In this document: piece by piece, positions 35,173 to 42,860 of the stretch
How the letters are laid out: the number at the start of each line of letters is the position of its first letter
Position numbering within the stretch: position 1 is the first letter of the stretch
Source: Allosphingosinicella sp.
GTDB lineage: Bacteria; Pseudomonadota; Alphaproteobacteria; Sphingomonadales; Sphingomonadaceae
Direction: 5' to 3'
NCBI GenBank assembly: GCA_036403015.1
Contig: DASWRU010000048.1
Span: 3,532 to 67,531 of the forward strand
DNA: 64,000 bases
Position numbers and translations under genes: made by a program
Notes under the pieces: model-generated
What the model was told of the DNA's origin: nothing
The model's input: only the letters and a program-made list of their open reading frames with translations
The model's database searches: none

Positions 35173-35404
35173 CCTGTTGTTCCTGGGCGGGCAGCGCAGC
35201 GTTTGGCAAGCCACTGCCCGGCGGGAGCACTCCTCCTTCGGCGGCAAACCGTACCCCGGTCATCTCGAACGCTCGACGAACGGCTTCCAGGTTGGGAGAG
35301 CGGGGCGTGCTCTCCCCCTGTTCGAAGCGAAGGATCGTCTTCCGATTCACGCCTGCTGCGGCAGCGAGATCGTCGAGGGACCAGCACAGCGCCGCCCGCG
35401 CCAT
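35165..35404 (-). CDS. XRE-family HTH controller (C) protein
   Basis: 79 aa. LCWSLDDLAAAAGVNRKTILRFEQGESTP HTH. Lies immediately upstream of the nuclease gene and overlaps it. Confidence 0.7.
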   Translation of the reverse strand: MARAALCWSLDDLAAAAGVNRKTILRFEQGESTPRSPNLEAVRRAFEMTGVRFAAEGGVLPPGSGLPNAALPAQEQQDD

Positions 35405-35466
35405 TCGGCATTGGACCGGAAGCAGATCATGAGCGGCGATACATACCCCCTTGACCAGCCCAAGTA

Positions 35467-35485
35467 GTGGGACTAAACGTCCCAC
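35467..35485. promoter_or_regulatory. candidate C-box operator
   Basis: Perfect inverted repeat GTGGGAC-TAAAC-GTCCCAC (contains GACT...GTC), 63-81 nt upstream of the C-gene ATG. Confidence 0.45.
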
Positions 35486-35506
35486 TGCAAAAGGAGACCC
35501 TCAGGC

Positions 35507-35983
35507 ATGGCTGCCGCGAGGCATAACCTGACGCGCCGGGCGTTGCTAGGCGCGGGTGTCGTCGCTTGCGCGGCGGGCACAAGGGACAGTCACTTGCTGA
35601 CTGTCCCGTTCTCAGGCACCGGCGCATCAGGGGATAGTCGGCAAGCGACTGTCCCCTGCCTCCGCCGTCGTTGGGCGCTCACCCTCGCCGCCTATCGCCG
35701 CGCCGAGGCGCGGGTGGCGGCGTTCAAGGCGGAGGAGGCGCTGCTGCCGGCGGCACGGCGCGCCTATCCGGCATGTAAGGACCTTGAGGAGCGCTTCGGC
35801 GACCTCGACAGCCTCCGCCTCGCGGCGCTCCGGCGCCTGCTCCGCCTTCCTGCGCCGGACGTCGCCGCTCTCGCCCTCAAGCTCGAACTCGCGGTCGCGG
35901 ATTTCGTCTGGGAGCTCACCGGCTGCGAAGCCTGCCTTGCCGCCGTCGCAGCGGACGCGCGGCGGCTGGCGCAGGATGCCTGA
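35507..35983 (+). CDS. hypothetical protein (158 aa)
   Basis: AAGGAG RBS and high-GC codon usage. The N-terminal third is occupied by two DNA hairpins, so the true start may be further downstream. Confidence 0.45.
   Translation: MAAARHNLTRRALLGAGVVACAAGTRDSHLLTVPFSGTGASGDSRQATVPCLRRRWALTLAAYRRAEARVAAFKAEEALLPAARRAYPACKDLEERFGDLDSLRLAALRRLLRLPAPDVAALALKLELAVADFVWELTGCEACLAAVAADARRLAQDA
35583..35656. repeat. pair of GGGAC-stem hairpins
   Basis: GGGACAGTCA-CTTGC-TGACTGTCCC (35583-35607) and GGGGATAGTCG-GCAAG-CGACTGTCCCC (35630-35656). Confidence 0.7.
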
Positions 35984-36134
35984 CGGGCTCGCTCCCGTCG
36001 GCAACCCACAGCGGCCATCGGCCCAATCCCATTGAACGCGGATGCCGATTGGGCCACAACAGGTATTTTCCTACGCCTCCTTCTGGCGTAGATGTTCGGC
36101 TTCCGTTCTCCTCACATCGATTCGGAGCCATGGC

Positions 36135-36788
36135 ATGACCGACCCTTTTCCGCCCCCGCCGCAAGGCGAGTCCGTACCCCAACGCCTCCCCACGCCGCCC
36201 GGCGGCGCGCCGCCCCCCGCGCCCGCCTCGCCCGGCCCCGAAGCCGTGCCCGACATCCCCTTCGATCCCGTCCCGGTGCGTGCCCGCCGGGACGGCTGGA
36301 CCGCCGCGAAGCAGCGCATCTTCATCCAGGTTCTGGCCGAGACCGGAATCGCCCGCCTCGCCGCGGCCGCGGCGGGGATGAGCGAGCGCTCGGCCCATCG
36401 CCTGGCGCTTCGCGACGATGCCGAGAGCTTCTGCACGGCGTGGGACGCGGCGCTGCAGATCGCGGCCCGGCGCGGCGCCTCCTTGCTGTTCGAATATGCG
36501 CTGGAAGGCATGGTCGAGACGATCTGGCGCGACGGCGAGATCGTCTGCCAGCGCCGGCGGCCGTCCGAGAAGGCGCTGTTCTTCCTGCTCACCCGCCTCG
36601 ATCCCGCGCGCTTCGGCAAAGCGGGGCCCGACCCGGACTTCCCGCATTACGATCCGATCAAGGCCAATCTCGGCGACCTCTCCCTCCATCTCGACAGCCT
36701 GAAGGACCTTCCAGACGACGAGGAGGAAGGTCCGCCGGCCGGCGAGGCGTCGCCGGGGCCTGGGCGGCCGGGGGCCGGCCGTGACTGA
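36135..36788 (+). CDS. hypothetical protein with putative HTH (217 aa)
   Basis: Inner ATG. Pro-rich N-terminus, then DGWTAAKQRIFIQVLAETGIARLAAAAAGMSERSAHRL (HTH-like). Confidence 0.5.
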   Translation: MTDPFPPPPQGESVPQRLPTPPGGAPPPAPASPGPEAVPDIPFDPVPVRARRDGWTAAKQRIFIQVLAETGIARLAAAAAGMSERSAHRLALRDDAESFCTAWDAALQIAARRGASLLFEYALEGMVETIWRDGEIVCQRRRPSEKALFFLLTRLDPARFGKAGPDPDFPHYDPIKANLGDLSLHLDSLKDLPDDEEEGPPAGEASPGPGRPGAGRD

Positions 36789-36876
36789 GCCCCCGCGCGC
36801 GCCCGCGCACGTAGGAGACGGACTTTACGGACCTTTCGCCGGAGCGCGCACCCTTGCAGGCCCGCTCCCGCAGCCC

Positions 36877-37398
36877 TCAGGACACGAACAGCCTGATCGC
36901 ATAAGCGGAGAGCGCGGCCATGGGCAGCAGCACCGCCGCCTGCGCCCACAGGGCGCTCCGCGCCGGCAGTCGGCCGAGCAGCAGATAGGCGCCGACGAGC
37001 AGCGGCAGGGCCGCGACGGCGAGCTGGCACAGCCGGTTCGACGGATAATCGGTGGCGAAGACGGTGGCGATGCCGGCCACCGGCACCAGCAGGAAGCCGG
37101 CGCGGCGCGGCCAGGAGGCTCCGCCGAGGCCGCGGTCGAGCGCGAGGAGGACGAGCAGCATTCCCCACAGCAGGGCCAGAGCCGTCAGCGCCTCATAAGC
37201 CTGCGCGACGACGGCGTCGCCGGGGCCGACCAGGCTCGCAAGATCCACCGACAGGAACCAGAGATAGAGCAGCAGGCCCGCCGCGCCGCCCGCCGCCATC
37301 GCGATCGTCCCGGGCCTGAGCTTCGCCCCCCTCTCCATGCGCCAGATGAGCGCCGATCCGCACCGGAACGCAAGCCTTCCGACTCCCGCTTCCCGCAA
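36877..37398 (-). CDS. hypothetical polytopic membrane protein
   Basis: Four to five hydrophobic helices. An alternative start exists at 37338. Confidence 0.5.
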   Translation of the reverse strand: MREAGVGRLAFRCGSALIWRMERGAKLRPGTIAMAAGGAAGLLLYLWFLSVDLASLVGPGDAVVAQAYEALTALALLWGMLLVLLALDRGLGGASWPRRAGFLLVPVAGIATVFATDYPSNRLCQLAVAALPLLVGAYLLLGRLPARSALWAQAAVLLPMAALSAYAIRLFVS

Positions 37399-37458
37399 GG
37401 TGTCGGCGGTCGCCGCCGGCCGCTGAGCCGCTTATTCCTGAGCGCGCCGCCCCGTCGC

Positions 37459-37695
37459 TCAGGCCTCGCCGCCCGGCTCCCCCCGTCCCGCCGCCTCCAT
37501 CGCCTTGCGCAGGCTGAGCGGCCGCATGTCGGTCCAGATCTCCTTGATATAGTCGATGCACTCGGCCTTGGTGCCGGACTTGCCCGCGTCGCTCCAGCCG
37601 GGCGCATTCTCCCGGTCGGCGGGCCAGACCGAATATTGCTCCTCGTGGTTCACCACCACCTTGTAGATCCTCCGGTCCTCGCGCTCGTCGTCCAT
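37459..37695 (-). CDS. MbtH-like protein
   Basis: [24 protein letters not shown]...[17 protein letters not shown], including the three conserved Trp positions. Confidence 0.85.
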   Translation of the reverse strand: MDDEREDRRIYKVVVNHEEQYSVWPADRENAPGWSDAGKSGTKAECIDYIKEIWTDMRPLSLRKAMEAAGRGEPGGEA

Positions 37696-37822
37696 CTTCG
37701 CTCCCCTTCCGCGCGGCGGAGCCTAGCAGGCGAGCGGCGCCGGCGACAGATGCGAGGGCCTTTGCGGCGCGCGCTCGAACGTGCGATTGTCCGGTCCCGC
37801 ACCAGACAGGGGGAGACTCGCC

Positions 37823-38227
37823 ATGTCCCGGGAGAATGTCGATCTGATCCGCTCCATCTATGCCGCCTTCGCCGCTGGCGACGTGCCCGGCGTGGTCGCC
37901 CGCATGGACGAGGGCATCGTCTGGAACGAGGCCGAGAATTTCCCTTATGCCGACGGCAATCCCTATGAGGGGCCGGACGCGATCCTCGGCGGAGTCTTCG
38001 CCCGGCTGGGCTCGGAGTGGGACGGCTTCGCCGCGGAGCCGGAGGAATATCTCGACGCCGGCGACACGGTGGTCGTGCTCGGCCGCTACCGGGGCACCCA
38101 CCGTGGAACGGGCCGCGCGTTCTACGCGCAGATGGTCCATGTCTGGCGCGTCGAAGGCGGCAAGGCCGCGCGCTTCCAGCAATATACCGACACCCTCCAG
38201 GCCGCCCGCGCCACCGGAGCGGCGTGA
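37823..38227 (+). CDS. SnoaL-like / NTF2-fold protein
   Basis: Inner ATG with a GGGGGAG RBS. NVDLIRSIYAAFAAGDVPGVVARMDEGIVW... pattern. Confidence 0.7.
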   Translation: MSRENVDLIRSIYAAFAAGDVPGVVARMDEGIVWNEAENFPYADGNPYEGPDAILGGVFARLGSEWDGFAAEPEEYLDAGDTVVVLGRYRGTHRGTGRAFYAQMVHVWRVEGGKAARFQQYTDTLQAARATGAA

Positions 38228-38320
38228 CGCGTCCGCGGCGCTGCTGAAACCCTTGCCTCCTCAAGGCGTTAACCACGCCGGCCTCCCTGTGCTTCGGAGG
38301 TCGTTTCAGGAGGTACCCCC

Positions 38321-38761
38321 ATGAAGCCTTATGTGTTCGCGGCCGCCGCCTTCGCGGTCGCCCTTCCCGCCGCGCCGGCCCTCGCCCATTGCGGCACCGC
38401 CCACCATCGCGTCGCCGCCCGCAAGATCGTCCACCGAGTCGCCTATCGGGCGCCGCTACGCCGCGCCGCGATCCGCACCGCCTGCGGCTGCGGCCCACGC
38501 GCCGCCTACCGCGCCGCCTACTTCCGGCCGGCCGCCTATCCGATCGTGTACCGCCCCCGCGCGGTGCGCGTCGTCTATGTCGAGCGGCCGCTCTACCGGC
38601 CCTACCGCCATGTCTATGCGGAGCCCTTCTATCGGCCGCGCCCGGTCTTCTACGCGGCGGGCTACGGGCGCTGGCACGGCTATGACGGCGGCTTCCGGCA
38701 CGAGCGCTTCCGCCGCTACGGCGGCTATGCCGGCGGCTACGGCCGCCACGGCTGGCGCTGA
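38321..38761 (+). CDS. secreted Arg/Tyr/Ala-rich basic protein
   Basis: CAGGAGG RBS and signal peptide MKPYVFAAAAFAVALPAAPALA. The mature part is dominated by R, Y, A, P and G, and it ends GYGRHGWR. Confidence 0.65.
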   Translation: MKPYVFAAAAFAVALPAAPALAHCGTAHHRVAARKIVHRVAYRAPLRRAAIRTACGCGPRAAYRAAYFRPAAYPIVYRPRAVRVVYVERPLYRPYRHVYAEPFYRPRPVFYAAGYGRWHGYDGGFRHERFRRYGGYAGGYGRHGWR

Positions 38762-38861
38762 GCCGGGGAGACGGCCGGCACCGCGCCGGCCGTCTCGCCC
38801 CCATCCCTGGAAGCGCCGGCCGCGCTTGCGTCCGCTTCCGGGCCGTCCCATCTAGGCGGCC

Positions 38862-39212
38862 ATGCGCATCCTCGACGTCGACTCCGCCGCGCCTTCGGAA
38901 GGCCCGGCCCTCACCGATCACCTGATCCACGGGGAGGCGGTCCACGCCGCCTTCGTCTCGCCGACCGGAACGGTGCTCTTCACCGACCGCCGCATCCTCC
39001 TCGTCCACCGCGAGCACCTGCTCGATGCGCGGGTCGAGACGAGCTCCTATCCCTATCGCGAGGTCCGCCATTTCGGCATCCAGGAAGGCGCCGACGGCCG
39101 CAGCGCGGTGAGGATCTGGCTCGGCGACGAGCCCCAGCCGCTCCATTTGCGCGCCCGCCCCGGCACCGATCTCGGCCCCCTCCAGCGCCTCCTCGCCGAC
39201 CGGCTCATATGA
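38862..39212 (+). CDS. bacterial PH domain-containing protein
   Basis: LIHGEAVHAAFVSPTGTVLFTDRRILLV...YPYREVRHF pattern. Confidence 0.5.
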   Translation: MRILDVDSAAPSEGPALTDHLIHGEAVHAAFVSPTGTVLFTDRRILLVHREHLLDARVETSSYPYREVRHFGIQEGADGRSAVRIWLGDEPQPLHLRARPGTDLGPLQRLLADRLI

Positions 39213-39292
39213 AGGCTCGACCGGGCCGGCTTAACCCGGTTTTCACGGCTCCCGATTAGCCTTGGGCGAAAGTCTTTGACTGGGGAGGGCTC

Positions 39293-40042
39293 ATGTTCCT
39301 GAAGACCTTCGGTGCGCTGGCGCCGGTGATGGCGGGGTTGCTCTATTTCGGCGGCGCGTTCGGCGGCGGCTTCAGCCGCGACGTCGACCGCCCGCCGGCC
39401 GCGGTGCTGGCGGCGCTCGAGGCGCTCGACATCACCAGGCAGCCGGGCTCCCCGGGCACCGATCCGTCCCGGTCGGGCGGCGTGGCGGCCGTGTTCCAGC
39501 TGGCGCGGGGACCGGATCGCATCACCTGGACGGTGATGAGCGGCGACAAGGTGGCGACTCGGATGACCGCCATCGTCTCGCCGCTCGACGGCGGCCGGCG
39601 AAGCCGAGTCACGGCCGCGGTCGAGCGCGGCGACGCGCCCGACGATCTGGTCTCCCCCGCCTTCCGCTCCAAGGGAATCACATTGGCCCTGTTCGGCGCG
39701 GCGATTGACGACGACCTTAACGCCCTCACCGCACCCCCGCCCGGCGATCCGGCCAAATGCGACGCGCTGAAGGCGAAGTTCGAGGCCGACAACGAAGCGG
39801 CCGGCTTCGCCGAACGGCCATCCGGCCTCGGCCAGGCGATCGGCCGTACCGCGCAGATCGCGGCGCGGCTGCGCGCGATGGAGGCCGAGCTGCGCCGCAA
39901 CGGCTGCGACACGAGCCCGGCCGGCGGCGGCGGGGACCGCTTCACCGAGGTCAGGAGCGAGATGGGCAATCCGGGCGCCGAACCGGCCGAGGGCGTAAGC
40001 TTCAAGCCCGGCCAGCCGATGGTCGACACCAGCCGCCATTAG
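39293..40042 (+). CDS. hypothetical protein (N-terminal TM/signal)
   Basis: 249 aa, GGGGAGGG RBS. No domain recognised. Confidence 0.5.
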   Translation: MFLKTFGALAPVMAGLLYFGGAFGGGFSRDVDRPPAAVLAALEALDITRQPGSPGTDPSRSGGVAAVFQLARGPDRITWTVMSGDKVATRMTAIVSPLDGGRRSRVTAAVERGDAPDDLVSPAFRSKGITLALFGAAIDDDLNALTAPPPGDPAKCDALKAKFEADNEAAGFAERPSGLGQAIGRTAQIAARLRAMEAELRRNGCDTSPAGGGGDRFTEVRSEMGNPGAEPAEGVSFKPGQPMVDTSRH

Positions 40043-40092
40043 CCTTCCGCCGCGGCCCCGCCTGGTTTAGGCTCGCGGCCGAGGAGGAACCG

Positions 40093-40542
40093 ATGGACGC
40101 GCCGCCGACACGCTACAGGGTCGAGGAGAAGGACGGGCGGCTGATCGTCATCGACACGGCGACCGGCGCTCCGGCGTCGCCGTCCGCGCCTCCCCGCGTC
40201 GGCGCCGGCACGCGCCCGATCGCGCCGGGCAGGGGCCTCGTCGACGCGCTCTGCGACGCCCTCGTCGCCCGCGCCTCGACGGGCCGGGATGCGGAAGGGC
40301 GGGCGGTGATCGCCTGGGAGTGGAAGCAGAACAGGCAGACCAAGCGCTGGGATGCCGCGCTCGACTCGGGCCAGGAACGGCGGCTCGGCCGCGCCTTGCT
40401 CAGCTTCGTCTCGGCCGCGCCGCTGATGCTGGTCTTCTTCATCGCCGGTCACCCGTTCATCGGTCTCTTCGTCTCCCTGCCGTCGGTGGGCCGGGGCCTG
40501 TGGATGCTGAACCGCCTCCAGGCGGAGACCGCGCAGGGATGA
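40093..40542 (+). CDS. hypothetical membrane protein
   Basis: Inner ATG with a GAGGAGGA RBS. C-terminal hydrophobic pair LLSFVSAAPLMLVFFIAGHPFIGLFVSL. Confidence 0.5.
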   Translation: MDAPPTRYRVEEKDGRLIVIDTATGAPASPSAPPRVGAGTRPIAPGRGLVDALCDALVARASTGRDAEGRAVIAWEWKQNRQTKRWDAALDSGQERRLGRALLSFVSAAPLMLVFFIAGHPFIGLFVSLPSVGRGLWMLNRLQAETAQG

Positions 40543-40663
40543 ACCGCCGTTCCGCGGCTAAACCGCCGCTGAACGCGCCGTCGCGAGGGGTTCATGGGGG
40601 CGCGCGTAGACCTTCGCCGTGCCTGCGGTGCGCCGCGGGCGCCTATGATCGAAGGAGACAGTT

Positions 40664-40918
40664 ATGCGTAAGATGCTTCTGGCCGCCGTCGCCGCCGCTA
40701 CCCTGCTGCCCGCGACCGCCGTGTCCGCCCAGGGCTATGGCTACGGCAACGGCTATGGCCGCAACGATCGCGTGACCCGCGAGGTGCGCGAGTGCCGGCG
40801 CGAGCTGCGCCAGGCGGACAACCGGCGCGAATATCGCCGCGAGCTTCGTGAGTGCCGGCGCGAGATCGCGCAGGCGCGGCGCCACGGACGCGGCGACCGC
40901 CGCTATCGCGGCTGGTAA
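40664..40918 (+). CDS. small secreted Gly/Tyr + Arg-rich protein with internal repeat
   Basis: AGGAGA RBS and signal peptide ...ATAVSA. GYGYGNGYG, then the duplicated RE(V/L)RECRRE(L/I) unit. Ends RRYRGW. Confidence 0.65.
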   Translation: MRKMLLAAVAAATLLPATAVSAQGYGYGNGYGRNDRVTREVRECRRELRQADNRREYRRELRECRREIAQARRHGRGDRRYRGW

Positions 40919-40986
40919 ACCCGGCGGCGGGAGGCCGAGGCTTCCCGCCGTCCCCTCCCGGCGCTAGGGTCGGCGGAGGAGGGGCC

Positions 40987-41499
40987 ATGGCGACCCAGGC
41001 ACAAGGCGGCGACGAAGCCGCAATCGCGGCGCGCGCCGTTACGGGCGCCCGCTTCGCCACCCGGCTGGATCTGCCCGGAGGCGCCCTCGTCGCCGACGAG
41101 CCCGTCTCCGTCGGCGGCGGCGGCAGCGGGCCCACGCCCTACCAGCTCCTTTCCGCCGCGCTCGCCGCCTGCACGTCGATGACGCTGCGCCTTTATGCCG
41201 GCCGCAAGGGCTGGACCCTGCCCGACTTCACCGTGGAAGTGGCGCACGCCCTCATCCCCGGCAGCCCGCCGCGCGACCGCTTCACCCGCCGAATCCTCTT
41301 CGCCGCCGCCGTCGCCCCAGAGGATGAGGCGCGGCTGCTGGACATGGCGGACCGCTGCCCGGTCCACCGCACCCTGAGCGGCGGCGGGGCCGAGATCGTC
41401 ACCAGCACGGCGCTCGTGCCGCCCCCGGCGGCCGCGCTCGCTCCTGCGGATCCGCCCGAGCAGCACCTCCTCCAGATGGAGCAGGCGTCGAGCCGCTGA
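40987..41499 (+). CDS. OsmC family peroxiredoxin-like protein
   Basis: Inner ATG. GGGSGPTPYQLLSAALAACTSMTLRLYA and ADRCPVHRTL carry the two conserved Cys. Confidence 0.8.
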   Translation: MATQAQGGDEAAIAARAVTGARFATRLDLPGGALVADEPVSVGGGGSGPTPYQLLSAALAACTSMTLRLYAGRKGWTLPDFTVEVAHALIPGSPPRDRFTRRILFAAAVAPEDEARLLDMADRCPVHRTLSGGGAEIVTSTALVPPPAAALAPADPPEQHLLQMEQASSR

Positions 41500-41626
41500 C
41501 GCGGATATAAGTTGTTTTACAAAACCCTCTTTAACTTCCGCGACTTGCTCTTATCTGATGGCTGCGGCCGCGCCCTCCCTGGCGGCCGATGGCCGGAGGC
41601 GGGTTCGCCTGCCACGGTCCACATGG

Positions 41627-41661
41627 CCCCGCCGCGTACCCCCTTGCGCGGCGGGGTTTTT
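41627..41661 (+). terminator. Rho-independent terminator
   Basis: CCCCGCCGCG-N10-CGCGGCGGGG followed by TTTTT, about 130 nt after the osmC-family stop. Confidence 0.6.
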
Positions 41662-41667
41662 GATTCC

Positions 41668-42402
41668 TCAGCCGGCCGCGAACCGCGCCAGCGCCTCGTC
41701 GGCGATCCCCTCGGGCACTTCATGACCACCGCCGAACTCGGTGTAGCGCAGCTCGAACCCCGCCTCCCGGAGCTGCGCCGCGATGTGCCGGCCGCACGGC
41801 TCCACCGGGAGAATAAGATCGGCCGTGCCGTGGGAGAGGAAGATGCGGGGCCGGCCTTCGATGCGCTTCGGCGCCATGAACCCCGCGGAGAACGCGATGA
41901 CGTCGCTGAACAAAGCCCCGTTGGAGAGGCCGAGCGACAGCGCGTAGGAGGCGCCGTCCGAAAAGCCGCCGAGCGCGACCCTGGCCGGATCGACCCGATA
42001 GGCGCCAGCGACCCTGACCAGCAAAGCGTCCAGCGCAGCGACGTCGGGGCCGTAGGCGCGGCGGGCGATCACGTCCCACGTCGCGCCCCGCGACTTGGGC
42101 GCGAGGACCAGGAAACCGAGCTTCGCCGCCTGCCGCCGCACGATCGCCAAGGCGCGTTCGGGATTGCCGTTGGCGCCGTGGAGCATGATGAGCAAAGGCG
42201 TGGGCCGGTCCGGCCGGTAGCTCTTCGGGACGTAGAGGAGCGCCCCGCCCTCGAAGGGGATGACGCCCGTGCGGTTTGCCGGCGTGGACGGCTCCGCCTC
42301 GAAACGCGCGGAGAGCCGGGCCGCCGCGGCATCGTCGCCCGGCTGGGCGGAAACCGGCGCAGCCATGAGGAGGAGCGCGGCGAGCGCTCGGAGCGGCCTC
42401 AA
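41668..42402 (-). CDS. secreted alpha/beta hydrolase (carboxylesterase/phospholipase family)
   Basis: Proposed TTG start (TTGA overlap with the upstream stop) gives a signal peptide ...LLLMAAPVSA. LLIMLHG, the GFSDGAS nucleophile elbow and SHGTADLILP. Confidence 0.7.
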   Translation of the reverse strand: MRPLRALAALLLMAAPVSAQPGDDAAAARLSARFEAEPSTPANRTGVIPFEGGALLYVPKSYRPDRPTPLLIMLHGANGNPERALAIVRRQAAKLGFLVLAPKSRGATWDVIARRAYGPDVAALDALLVRVAGAYRVDPARVALGGFSDGASYALSLGLSNGALFSDVIAFSAGFMAPKRIEGRPRIFLSHGTADLILPVEPCGRHIAAQLREAGFELRYTEFGGGHEVPEGIADEALARFAAG

Positions 42403-42797
42403 ACCAGGAGCCGCAAGCTGAAGGTGAGGTCGATCGAATCCCAGCCGCCGCGGTGCAGCTCGGGGGGCAGATGGAGTGGGGAGCAGCGCATCACCGCCAT
42501 GCTCGCGGCCTCGGCCATCAATGCCGCATAGGGGCTGTTCTCCGGCGTCACCCCCTGCTGGTAGACGATTTGGGGCGTCGCCGCGAGGGCGCCGTCCGGG
42601 GAGAAACGGACGTGGAGGCGCGTGATGATCCGCCGTCCGGCGCTCGGCACCTGCGGCCAGCGGTAGCAGCGCTTGACCTGCGCGGCGGCTGCCATCGCCA
42701 CTCCGCTCGCCTCGACCGGCGTGACCCGCGCCCTTTGCGGCCCCGCGCAACCGGCGGCGACGAGGGGGAGCAGGAGGAGGATCGAAGGACGGACCAT
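42399..42797 (-). CDS. lipoprotein with TonB/TolA C-terminal-like domain
   Basis: Inner start with lipobox LLLPLVAAGC. VKRCYRWP...LHVRFSPDGAL...AVMRCSPLHLPPE pattern. Confidence 0.55.
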   Translation of the reverse strand: MVRPSILLLLPLVAAGCAGPQRARVTPVEASGVAMAAAAQVKRCYRWPQVPSAGRRIITRLHVRFSPDGALAATPQIVYQQGVTPENSPYAALMAEAASMAVMRCSPLHLPPELHRGGWDSIDLTFSLRLLV

Positions 42798-42860
42798 GTT
42801 TTCAGGCGGTTGGGAGCGGTCGAGGGACGCTAGCACCTCGCCCCTGCCGTTTGAAGGGCG

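Larger units (their letters stand above)
31732..35506. mobile_element. AT-richer defense/addiction islet at the nrdB 3' end (no recombinase detected)
   Basis: Compositional drop relative to flanks. Holds only TA, RM and orphan genes. The left edge is exactly the nrdB stop codon, with an nrdB 3' duplication. The right edge is a hairpin cluster where high GC resumes. Confidence 0.5.

Noticed and set aside
31732-36788. Calling the nrdB-adjacent region an ICE, prophage or integrative island with the 36135 gene as terminase/excisionase
   Set aside because: I could recognise no integrase, relaxase, transposase or phage structural gene. The HTH-like protein at 36135 and the ORF at 35507 have host-like GC and no diagnostic motif. 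Only the 31.7-35.5 kb islet is flagged, and its mobility mechanism is left open.
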